A stretch of 62,504 nucleotides of DNA, counting the filler, from Basidiobolus ranarum (lineage: Eukaryota), in assembly GCA_040143965.1 (NCBI GenBank). It is 39 parts of 39 records of this genome, joined end to end, with 100 filler letters (N's around TTAATTAATTAA, not from the genome) between each part and the next. Parts side by side here need not be neighbours in the genome. Positions count along the whole stretch, not along the records: positions 51,404 to 52,904 come from JASJQH010004995.1; positions 53,005 to 54,505 come from JASJQH010004996.1; positions 54,606 to 56,106 come from JASJQH010004997.1; positions 56,207 to 57,706 come from JASJQH010004998.1; positions 57,807 to 59,306 come from JASJQH010004999.1; positions 59,407 to 60,905 come from JASJQH010005000.1; positions 61,006 to 62,504 come from JASJQH010005001.1; 32 more parts are not named here. One strand, given 5' to 3'. Shown here one piece after another: positions 51,304-62,504 of this stretch (position 1 is the stretch's first letter; each line of letters begins with the position of its first letter). The translations under genes were made by a program, and so were the position numbers. The notes under the pieces were generated by a model. The model searched no databases, was not told the origin of the DNA, and saw only the letters and a program-made list of their open reading frames with translations.

Positions 51304-53004
51304 NNNNNNNNNNNNNNNNNNNNNNNNNNNNNNNNNNNNNNNNNNNNTTAATTAATTAANNNNNNNNNNNNNNNNNNNNNNNNNNNNNNNNNNNNNNNNN
51401 NNNTGTGCCATCCCTTCTTGGCAATCTGGTGTCAGTTCATCCAGATTACCTTATATGGAAGTCATGTTCTTTGGAACATTCCATGAAACCTAACCAATCA
51501 TGCCATCCCACACATAGTGTATTTCCGCCAAGACCTTCCATGGAAGGTCACCTGATCATCCTTACACCATCCCTCTTTGTATTGGTCCTTGTAGTCCCAA
51601 ACACCCCAACTCTTGAACTTGCCACATTATATTCCCTATTCAGTATATTATGTTTCACCTTGCAATTTCTATATAAGCCCCATGTATTCCTTGATCAGAC
51701 CTCAGTCTGATCAATGCCAGTTATCAATAAAGATTCTTGCCAAAGTATCTTCCTTTGGAATTTTGCTTAAAATATTGTTACCAACTTAGAAGCTGTCAGC
51801 TAGATAGATTTATCAAGCTTTTGCTAGAAGCTTCAAACTTTGCACACATGTTCATGGGACCTTCCTAAACACATTCTACATGTTAGTGTGCTTACATCTG
51901 GACAAAACTATAAATACCAACTTTCAAGTCAATACATCTACTGGTGAAAATCACCAATTTCTCTAATTCTCCAAGCCACTTCCAACAGGCCCCAAAATAC
52001 TTAAACAGAGGAGTCATAAAATACAATGATGAAATCTTTATATTTATATCATGGTTTGGTTCACCATGATGCATATAAGGCGATTTATAAACACAGGGAT
52101 TATGATTTTTTATTGCTACTTGTATGTATCGGAGTGACTCATGTACCATATTGCTAGTAGCTTAGATGATTAGTAAAATATAGTTACATCCTAAATATAT
52201 AGATTCCAACTCAATACCAAGGAATAATTACATGGCTGCATTAATTATAAAAATCCATGTTCTAAGGAATATACCAGTCGCTCAAATAACCTCACGTATT
52301 TCAAAGGCTTGAAATGTTCATCGGTATCGCGATACTATGAGATATCGCGGAGTATGAGCACTCAATATTTCCAAGTTGAGATTAATCAGCGAGATCTAGA
52401 GTAGAATGACGAGCCTGGTCAAATCAGTGAATTGTATTGTACTTTTCTGATGATAATTTGGATGGGTTGGAGATATGTGCACTAAAATTAAAGTGAGTTG
52501 GAGATACATGCACTAACATTAAGGATGATATGTTTTAGTGATATTGGAATATTGGACTCGATATATAAAATGGCTGGACTCGTCAGAATAAGGGAACTAA
52601 AGTAGCAATAAGCATCCACATATGTATTTACATTTGGGGGCCGAACTGTTATCTGAAACGTCCATAACTGTACTTGAAATCAACACCATGGCCAACTATA
52701 TCCACTACAATACCTAAAAATTTCTCAATTCTATTTCTAAAGCCAGTATCACTGATAACCAATGTGCAGAAGTTGGTGTATCATTCCTTTGACAGCAGAA
52801 ATCAGTCTCTGGATCCATATGGTTGATATCTTCTGCATTTGTCATCATTCACCAGAATCTAGGTTTCAATAGTCCATGCAAATCTAGAATACATTACCAA
52901 TACGNNNNNNNNNNNNNNNNNNNNNNNNNNNNNNNNNNNNNNNNNNNNTTAATTAATTAANNNNNNNNNNNNNNNNNNNNNNNNNNNNNNNNNNNNNNNN
53001 NNNN

Positions 53005-54342
53005 GGACAGGACTCGCGTCGCTTGATGCTTGCACTGAGCCTGTGTTTGGGGTTCTTTTTTGTTGAGTGACCGGGTGGAATAGTTGCTGGCTCATTAGCA
53101 TTAGTTGGAGATGCTGTTCATCTTTTGACGGGTATAGTCCTTTTTGTGACAATATAACTACGTATTACTTCTCACATTTATTACAGATGTAATTAGCCTT
53201 GCAATTTCTCTCTCTGCAATATATTTGGCAAAACAACCACCCACCAAAAGTACGTTCACTAGACAATTCAGATATTCTCTTTGAAACAAAGAGTTAACCA
53301 TCTGTATGTAATTTGTAGGGTTCACGTATGGCTTCTATCGTGCAGAGGTGTTGGGAGTGCTGGCTTCTATATTGGTCCTTTGGGTGCTAACCATTGGTTT
53401 GATTCGTGAAGCTTTAACAAGGATTGAAAATCCCACAGACATAGATGGAAAATCCATGTTGCTATTTGGATGTATAGGGCTCTTGATTAATATCGGGTAT
53501 GTTTAGGTGCTCTGTTATATATTTGATTTATATACTGATAGCATCTTAGATTGGCAATTACTTTAACCTATGATACAGAAGCAGAGAAATGCAACCAAAA
53601 CGTTGAAAATAATGCAGCCCTGATATCTACCCAACATCCACCCAAGAAGGTTTGAATTTTGATATACCATTATTGAGCAATTGCTAAATCCCTGTACTAC
53701 GATTATATAGGGAATGAACCTTGTTGTTAATGCTGCTTTTCTTCACGTTCTTGGCGACCTACTTTTTTCTATTGGAGTGATTTGTTCGTCTTTGGTATTG
53801 ATGTGGGATCCAAGTAAGGTGTGGGTTGATCCCTTTTGCACTTTTCTTTTCTCCGGAATCGTGTTCTTTACTAGCGGGCGTCTATTTAAGCACAGTCTGG
53901 GTGTCCTGATGACAGGTTATATATATACATCCTGCATAATACATGAAAGTTCTCTAAATCCCTTACCTTATGAACAGCCTCACCAATAGATGTTGATACA
54001 GACATGCTAAAGAGCCAACTTCAGCGACTAGAATATGTTTGTGGAATACGCGATTTTCATGGTACGCCTGAAACTTGATTTATCTTGAGGTTGTTACTGA
54101 TAGTTTTTATTTCTTTAGTGTGGAGCTTGACTTCGAGCAAGGTATTTAAATTGATTCATAGCTATTAGACATGCAAATGAAACTTACCCTCCATTTTGGG
54201 CTAGTATATCATGACACTTCATCTTGAAATTCTGGACCAGAGCTGGCATGCAATTACACTCGGCCAAGTTCAAGATATTGCTAAACAATACGGCATTCAA
54301 GCACAAGATCTGACTGTTCAGATTGAATATGTTGAGACTTGA
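53005..54342 (+). CDS. CDF/SLC30 zinc transporter, multi-exon, 5'-truncated; one in-frame TGA at 53068
   Basis: SLALVGDAVHLLT|D; FTYGFYRAEVLG; AAFLHVLGDLL; DFH|VWSLT; short GT-AG introns. Confidence 0.88.
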
Positions 54343-54649
54343 GAACAACAGTGGATTCATGCTGTACTTCACCGCTCCAGCCGCCCTAGATTCATTAGAA
54401 GCGCCACCCAATTGTAATCGTATAGATGATTGTTTGACTACAGATGTCTGGCTGAGTATTTTATGTAACTTAATAATTATTGCATGAGGGTTGATCATCG
54501 TGTGTNNNNNNNNNNNNNNNNNNNNNNNNNNNNNNNNNNNNNNNNNNNNTTAATTAATTAANNNNNNNNNNNNNNNNNNNNNNNNNNNNNNNNNNNNNNN
54601 NNNNNACATAGTAAATCAATAGTTGAGCAAAGTTCAACCAAAACACCAT

Positions 54650-55551
54650 TGTAGTTGTTTTAGGGTGTAAGCAGCAACTATAACTGTAATATCCTAAGGG
54701 TTTTGTGAGGTGTCCAAAGGGTGCAATAACCACGATTGAATAACTCTGGGATGTACTGTAATATGGGTGTGTCTCTTGCCTCTTGGGTCTTTGTGAAAGG
54801 GAATCAAGCCTCTAGACATGTCTAAGGACTGATAAACCACAATGCAATGTCCAGCTGTCTCTTGAATAATATACTGTATCAGAAATATAACACCTACCTG
54901 TCAGTACTTCCTTTGAGCTGGTCAAGGCCTTTCTAGTCACACAGTAGCCTGCAACTGCCTCTAGTAGTCTCTCTTGAGCTTCCTCTTCAAAGGTCTTGTA
55001 AGCAGTGGTGAAAATAAGAGGTGATCTCAAGTAGTAATTGTTGGTTGAAAACCAGGATGATTTTTGTTTGAAAAGATATGGCTCCTATTTATACTTTTCT
55101 GAAGGTAGATATAATTACTAATGAGAATTTCTGGAGAGTTCCAGCAAATTCTATTGGTGGGGATCTGGGGTTATAATATCATCATAAATCATAAGATTAG
55201 TAATTCATGGAATGTTCTGGAAGGTTGTAGAATAATCCAGAAAGTCATGGAATGTTCCGGCAAAGTCACGTTTTGATTGGTCAAAACTTAATCAATCATC
55301 AAATATTCCAAAAATCTTGTGGAATGTTCCGGAAGATTGTAGAATTTTCCAGAAAATTATAGGGCTAATGTGGGTTAATACTGATAAATCTGAAGTAATA
55401 GGGGATAATACCAATAGTGTGCTATGATTGGCTAGAAAATATGGGTATGTCAAATAAGGATAATAAGATAGAAATTGTGCAATAGTAATATTATGAGCAT
55501 GGAGTGGAAATCAGTCAACCTGCCAGTGGGTAGCAATGCTACCCCACTACA
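54650..55551. mobile_element. Complete 902-bp solo LTR (family D) inserted in the CACTA accessory ORF
   Basis: TGTAGT...ACTACA termini; 4-bp TSD CCAT confirmed against the empty sites at ~41475 and ~23380. Confidence 0.85.
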
Positions 55552-56106
55552 CCATCAAGACCATCAACTTCCAAAATGGCTACTTTGCCCACTATTGAAC
55601 AACCCTCCATAGAAAATTTGGATAGAATTATTACAATAAGGGAATTGCAGGCAGAACACCATAATGATTTGTATGCAATCATAAGTAAAAACTATGAAGT
55701 TGCTATACAGGCCATGACAAGCAATAATGCCGCAATATTGCAATTAATGCAGTGTTTGGAAGCAACTAGTCAACAGTTAGAGAGTCACTCAACAATGATA
55801 CAAGACCTTCAGAATGCTGTTCTTGAGCTACAGCAACATGCTGCTCCCTCCATCCATTCTCATATGGGATTTCAGTCAATCCCACACCATACATATGAAT
55901 GTCACCATGACAATCTAGCAGAGCAGAATATGTGTTGGACCATTAAGCCTACACAATGACCCAAAATTGCTTGGGCACATGAAAGTAGAAATCTCATAGG
56001 AAAACTGGCAAACCAAAAGACTCTGAATGTCAGAGCTGCCATCACTTGCTCTGATGATGAGTGGTTTAACATTTTGGAAACTGTGTGGAATCTTGCCCAA
56101 AATCAC
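55552..56106 (+). mobile_element. CACTA accessory ORF segment (coiled-coil-like)
   Basis: ORF 55576-55959 nearly identical to 10199-10582. Confidence 0.8.
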
Positions 56107-56725
56107 NNNNNNNNNNNNNNNNNNNNNNNNNNNNNNNNNNNNNNNNNNNNTTAATTAATTAANNNNNNNNNNNNNNNNNNNNNNNNNNNNNNNNNNNNNN
56201 NNNNNNAAAAATGTTGTGTCCAAGAGAAAAGTGGATAAAAAGTCTTGAACTTTACTGAACCAAAGAAACAGTTAAGTGCAGAATCTTAGAACTGTTTAAG
56301 CAGGATATATAAGCAGACCAGATTTAACTAATATATGTCTTGGGAATAGCAGTGGGTTGCTATGTTATGGTAGAGAGTAGGTTTGCTAGGCAGCTAGGCT
56401 TGGTATTCTGTAGGTGCTAGTGGATACTAGGCTTGGATAGAAATGAGAGGGGAATATTGAATTTGTTGAGAAACACTGAGAAGATTGATGTCCTAAATGT
56501 CACTTCGCTTAGATTAGTATATAAGCTGAATAAAGTTTGTACCACCTGGTGTTTTTGATCCCCCCGCTAAGCATAGGATTTTCAAAGTGCTAAGGATTAA
56601 CTTAACTTACATAGTTAACTTTATTTAAGTAGCATTACTATCAATGTACAAACCATTAAGGCAGTTGAAGATATAGATGTACATATTTTGCTCCTACTAC
56701 CAAGTATAACTCCCGCTGTATCTTC

Positions 56726-57192
56726 TTAGCAGCTAGTACCAGTATCAAAAGAGGGGCTCAAGTCGTAATCGTTATGGCTTGAGCTATAACTATGGCTAAT
56801 ATCGTGGTTGTGGCTATGGTCATGACTGTGGTGGTTGTCGTGGTGATATCCAATGCGATGGTTGTGGTCATTATGGTGACTACCAGAATTACGGCAACCA
56901 TCATCTGAACTTGAAGGAAAAGCTGGAGGTGTGATAGTTATTGCTACATCGTAAGGTGGAGGCGATGCTGCCCAAGTGTCACCACTACGAGTTGTAGTAA
57001 CGGGTTGTTGTCTCTGCGACAAGGACTGCGCCTCAGCTAAGTATTCAAAGATCTCAATAAGTATTGCATATAAGCATTCAGAGGATGAAACAAGAACTTA
57101 CCTTGATTGCAGGTACATACTTTCCAGATTACCAATATAGCCACAAGAAGTCCAAAAGCACTGAATATATACAACATACCATCGTCTCCCAT
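56726..57192 (-). CDS. 133-aa single-pass membrane protein with PPPY motif and His-rich tail; exons 57192-57102 and 57036-56726
   Basis: MGDDGMLYIFSAFGLLVAILVIWKVCTCNQ|AEAQ...SPPPYDV...HHNDHNH; 65-nt GTAAG...TAG intron joins in frame. Confidence 0.72.
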
Positions 57193-58111
57193 TGTTACGG
57201 GTTTATCACTAGAAATGTGAATATTTGCTATGTTTCAATGATCAAAGATGCATAGAAATGGATGGATTGAACTATAGACTTACGTGGATTTAGGAAATGA
57301 TTAATAGTTAGACTAGAATGCTCCTGCGTTAGCGGAGAGCAAGAACTCTAAGGCAATGGTTGGCGTTACTAGATCTACGTATCTTTCGCACTATTTTTTG
57401 AAGCAGTATCCGAAAGAGTGCAGCAGTAATTCGTTACTTTGTTGTTATGATACTCCAAGATTGCTATAGTCGAGAATAATATATATCTTTCGAAAAAAGG
57501 ATTTGTGCTACCAACCCTAATTCTATTCGTCGTCTGATCAATTGCCAAGATGTTGCACAATATATCATTCATATGATTTCTGGTTGTAGTGACTCCAAGA
57601 TATTTTGGTAGATAGGCGTGATGTGAGATCATTCAGACGTTTGGCAGTTCTGTTCGATTAGCGATGTCAATAGGCTGCATTAGTAAGATGAAGACGCCTC
57701 CAAACANNNNNNNNNNNNNNNNNNNNNNNNNNNNNNNNNNNNNNNNNNNNTTAATTAATTAANNNNNNNNNNNNNNNNNNNNNNNNNNNNNNNNNNNNNN
57801 NNNNNNCAATGTATGTATATGGTAATCCGGATATAGTTGCTTCTATAAAAGAAGTGTTGAATTTCGACCGAAGATGTGAAGTACATTATGTTGTTACTGA
57901 CTATGAACCAAACCAATGGTGTAGTTAGTTGGAACTGAGCGAATTGGAACCGAATATTGTGGAATTAGTGAGGTTTATTAATCTTAAACTGTACATATAG
58001 TGATGCCGTTTAGGGTTAGGGCTTAGGGTTCAATGTAAACACAAACACAGATGCAAATGGTCAATTGTTGGAACCAGCACATCGAAAAGTGCTGGAAATG
58101 AGTGATTGGTA

Positions 58112-59306
58112 TCAAAGTAACATGCCAGCAATGGTAGCACTCATCAAGGTAGACATAGTACCGCACAACATGGCAGAGAATGCAAGCTCAGCAAGATCCT
58201 TTTTACGAGAGGGTGCCATAGCTCCCAAGGCACCAATTTGAATACCAATAGATCCAAAATTAGCGAATCCACAGAGACAATAAATCCCCAAAGACGCAGT
58301 TCTTTCCTGAAGTACTCCTGAGGTGGTTAATCTAGCTAGTTCTGCGAAGGCTGCGAACTCATTAACGAACATCTTAGTGGCCATCAAACGAGCGACAGTA
58401 AGTAAATCCGTGTTTGGAATACCCACTAACCACATGAAAGGATAGAACAAATAACCAACAATAAGTTCAAGTGTAAGGGAATCTATGTTGAAGAAGTTTC
58501 CTATCCAAGTAAGGAATGAATTGACCAAGGCTAAAAGTGAAATAAATGATATAACAGTAGCAAGAATCAATAAAGCCAATTCTATGCCTTGTGCGGCTCC
58601 GTTAGAGGCAGCATGGAGAAAGTTGGCCTCCTTGTCTTCACTCTCGGGAATTCGGACCTCACCCTTGGTGACTGGCTCACCAGTTTCCGGGTAACGAATC
58701 TTGGATATGGCTAGACCACAAGGAACTGACATCACACAAGAAGTAATCAATGTTTGTGCATCCACCTTCATTGAAATAAATGCAACTAAAACAGAGCCTG
58801 AAATGGTAGCAAATCCTGAGGTCATGGCAGAGTGAAGTTCACTACGGGTCATAGTTGCTAAAAATGGAAGGACAAGCAACGAGGATTCGCCCATGCCGAC
58901 GAAAGGAGAGGCAGCAGCAACAACAGACTCAGCTCCACTAGTACCCATAAGTCTAACCATTAGCCAAGCGAATTTACGGACAATCCATTGCATACCACCA
59001 AGATAGTACACAACCTTCACAATGGCAGCGAAGAATATAACCGCAGGTAAGACAGTGAAGACAAAAATACCGATATCGGCGATATCATCACTTGTTACAA
59101 ATGCCAAGCCTGATTTGGAGAAATGGAGCAGTGTGGAGCACATATTTGATAACCAGCTGAAAATGTCGTATCCGACAGATGTCTTGAGAATAAATAAGCC
59201 AAGGAGGAATTGTAATAAAACCCCAACAACAACTGTTCTCCAGGGAATATTTTTGCGATTGTCGGATGTAGCATATAGTACCACAATAAATACAACGAGA
59301 CCAAAG
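58112..59306 (-). CDS. Concentrative nucleoside transporter (CNT/SLC28), 5'-truncated
   Basis: 390-aa ORF: IPWRTVVVG; SGAESVVAAASPFVG; MTSGFATISGS; CGFANFGS. Confidence 0.95.
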
Positions 59307-59406
59307 NNNNNNNNNNNNNNNNNNNNNNNNNNNNNNNNNNNNNNNNNNNNTTAATTAATTAANNNNNNNNNNNNNNNNNNNNNNNNNNNNNNNNNNNNNN
59401 NNNNNN

Positions 59407-60355
59407 CTTGGGAATAGCAGTGGGTTGCTATGTTACAGTAGAGAGTAGGTTTGCTAGGCAGCTAGGCTTGGTGTTCTGTAGGTGCTAGTGGATACTAGGC
59501 TTGGATAGAAATGAGAGAGGAATATTGAATTTGTTGAGAAACACTGAGAAGTGTTAAGATCCTATATTTGTTGAGACATACACTAAACCAAAAGGTTCAG
59601 TTAGCTTTATTTATACATTTTGATAGCAAAGAGAATTAGTCAGCACCAAGATATTAGATGACTAATTCTGATAAGAGAAAATGTGATTGGACAGATAGAT
59701 AGATAGATGAGTGAGTCATGCATCAGCTGAAGTATTGGCAGTGAAAGATCATTGGTTATGAATCTTGTTATTCATAGTTACTTGTGTCTAGGCAGATGAC
59801 TCAGAGGTTAATACTAATTGGATAATGAACATGTGATTGGTCATATGATCTGATAGAAGGGATAAGCAAATAGATAGTTAGTAAGGTGATAGGTCAAATG
59901 CTAAAGTCACTAGAGAAGGTCAGGTGACTAGTTAGTGATGATGATAAACTAAACAGATATTCAATCAAGGTGTATAGATATGGTGTAAGTTTAAACAACT
60001 CTGTATGTGGTGCACAACATCATTCCCTCCCTGGATAAGGACTCTTCTTAGTAGGTGATCCTCTATGTTTCCAATATTGGTGGATGATAGAGATATCATC
60101 AAAGTGGCTATAGGGCTCCCAGGTATTGTGTTTGGCATTGTAACCTTTCCACTTCACTAAGTAAAGGCAGTTGGGTTCTTCACCATCATGATCAACTATG
60201 GCTTCTACTTCATATGATTCTGTAGATATTGGATCTTGTGAAATAAGTATAAGGGAAGATGATAGAAAGTTCTTGGGTAGTAAGGCTCCAGTGTTTTCTT
60301 GAAGTACATAAGTTCCTCCAGTGGTTCTTCTGATGATCTTGAAGGGACCTTCATT
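59407..60355 (-). mobile_element. Chromovirus (Ty3/gypsy) 3' end: integrase C-terminus and chromodomain, PPT, LTR-C (59407-60019)
   Basis: YEVEAIVDH...YLVKWKGYNAKHNTWEP; purine tract GGGAGGGAA next to TGTTGTGCAC. Confidence 0.9.
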
Positions 60356-61005
60356 TAGGGGGGAGACAGTCACCAAAAGGTGAAATCTTTATTTCAAACA
60401 AAACAAAGAAGCCATAACTACTTTTGTAGTTTCTTAACTAATGTATGGAGATCTGGAGTATTTGTATGAATGTTGCAAAGCAGAAAAGTTAAGTCAGTAG
60501 AATCTAAGACACTGTTAAGTGGAGTGGGAGGGAGTAACAAAGGTAAAAATGGTTTGTCAACAATGGAAATTAGTGGAATGAGACTAGGATTAACATAAAG
60601 CATAAAGGGAGTATGTTTCTGAAGATATTGTTGCTAACCCAAGTATTCCTTGTAGGCAAGGGAGGGCTTCTCAGCTTGTTCTATAAAGGAAGCAAATTTT
60701 CTGACTTCATGATCTCCTAGCAGTATTCTCCAGCAAGAAGAAGAATTAGTCAAGTGGGAGCTTCTCCAGGACTTAATCAGAGGGTTCTGACTCTTGCAAA
60801 TTCTGATGAACAGTCTAGTCTTGAGGTAGAGAATTCTAAGACTATATGGAAGTAAACCAAAAGCCCCAAGAATGGCATGTCTGTAAGGGCACTCAGGCAG
60901 ATGAGNNNNNNNNNNNNNNNNNNNNNNNNNNNNNNNNNNNNNNNNNNNNTTAATTAATTAANNNNNNNNNNNNNNNNNNNNNNNNNNNNNNNNNNNNNNN
61001 NNNNN

Positions 61006-61788
61006 ATTCCTATTTAGAATATAGGGGCTATAGATACGTTGCTTTCTGTTTCTGATATATGTATCATAACTAAAGTTAACTATGATGTTGAATAAAGATT
61101 AATTATCCAACAGTTACCTACTTAGAGGTTCTTGCTAAAGTATTTGGGAGTCTGTTGGAAGTGGTTTGGAGAATTAGAGAAATTGGTGGTTTTCACTTAT
61201 TGAGTAGAAAGTGGGCATTTATTCTTTTGTCATGATGTAAACAAACTAATGTGTTGAGTGTGTTATGGAAGGCCCCAGGAACATGTGTGTAAAGTTTGGG
61301 GCTTCTAGCACAAGTTTGAAAAATCTATATTTCCAAGAACTTCTAAGTTGGTAAACATTTTCTGAGTAAATTCCCTATGAGAACAATGGGTAATATCTTA
61401 GCTCAATATAGGATAACCAAATACTAAGCTATATATGCCTATATAGGTATTTAAGCAATGCCAAATTTTGTTGAAATCAGTATCCTTTAATAGTGTAAAT
61501 AAAACTATGATGACAGATTTCTTGGGTTGACACATCTAAGATGCTATGTATCTTAACAAAATTTGCATACATACTTGTAGGAACTTCCTTGATACATTCT
61601 ACATGTTTGTTTGCTTACCTCTTGTCAAAACTATAGATGTCAACTTCCTCCTCAATAAATCAATAAGTGAAAACTGTTGAAATCAGCATCACCTAAACAC
61701 CTATATAGTCATATATGGCTTAGTATTTAGTTATCCTATATTGAGCTAAGATATTACCCATTATTCTCAATTGGAATTTACTTAGAAT
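61006..61788. repeat. Stack of nested LTR-A and LTR-E fragments
   Basis: Multiple TGTTG starts with homology to 45283-45630 and 39979. Confidence 0.75.
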
Positions 61789-62116
61789 TGTTGGATAATT
61801 AATCCTTATTCAATATCTTAGTTAACTTTAGTTTTGAAACATATATCAGAAACACAAAGCAACATATCTATAGCCCTTATATTCTAAATAGGAATATCTC
61901 TATATCTATATAACAAGTATGTCTTATTACCCCCACTTATCTATTATATATTATTATACAAACTTCTGAATATCTCAAACATTTGATTTACTTTTCTACT
62001 GTATAAGTCACCCCATATTCTTAAGAATAAAGTAACTATAAACACACTATCATAAGTTGCTTCTAATATACAAAGTCTACTCCCATTATGTCAAGATCCT
62101 CCAACATGGTAGCAGC
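61789..62116 (+). mobile_element. Copia 5' LTR-E (61789-62106) plus PBS TGGTAGCAGC
   Basis: TGTTGGA...TCCAACA; TGG-starting PBS followed by gag. Confidence 0.82.
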
Positions 62117-62139
62117 AAGTGAATTTGAGTCTTCTTCCA

Positions 62140-62504
62140 TAAAGGAGATTACTAATATTCCAGCATTCAATAGGGAAGATTTCCATGGATGGAAATTCTA
62201 GATGCAACCTGGGCTACAAGGCAAACATGTCTGGGAACAAGTTCAACCAGATGAAGAAGAAACTTCTGAAGAAGAAAGTACAGATTCTGACACTGAAACC
62301 AGGAAGCAAACACATTAAGAAGCCAGGGCAACCTTCAAAGAAAAAGACAGATTGGCATTTGGGGAAATATGTCTAAGATTGGGATCACAACATCTTATGC
62401 TAGTCAGATATGCTGACTCTGCCAAGAATGCATGGGAAATCCTAGTGGAACATCATGAGCAAAAAGGGCTTGCTCACTTGATGATGTGACAAATAAAATT
62501 CTTA
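62140..62504 (+). pseudogene. Copia gag N-terminal remnant
   Basis: IPAFNREDFHGWKF*MQ...VWEQV; SAKNAWEILVEHHE. Confidence 0.75.

Noticed and set aside
53005-59306. Apparent cluster of zinc transporter, His-rich protein and CNT
   Set aside because: Separate contigs ordered by length; no real linkage

Overview
This is not a contiguous locus. It is about 39 unrelated ~1.5-kb contigs, sorted by decreasing length (1511 to 1499 bp), joined by artificial 100-nt linkers (N44-TTAATTAATTAA-N44), so adjacency across linkers means nothing. The DNA is AT-rich and eukaryotic, with short GT-AG introns and fungal-type genes. It is probably an early-diverging fungus; Basidiobolus-like is only my inference. 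Most contigs are nested, CpG-depleted transposon debris: several Ty1/copia families, a chromodomain Ty3/gypsy, many solo LTRs, and an abundant CMC/CACTA-type DNA transposon with CCCTA termini and two divergent ORFs. Host genes or fragments: xanthine dehydrogenase 3' end, a Cbp6-like gene, a possible Nup170/155 5' end, a TauD/JLP1-like pseudogene, two CNT nucleoside transporter paralogues, a CDF zinc transporter, a bacterial-like phosphodiester glycosidase, a PY-motif/His-rich membrane protein and several tandem-repeat peptide ORFs. The most striking observation is a ~280-bp LTR family carrying a tRNA-like Pol III module, reminiscent of the 5S-carrying Cassandra LTRs, with a diverged version apparently in a second LTR.
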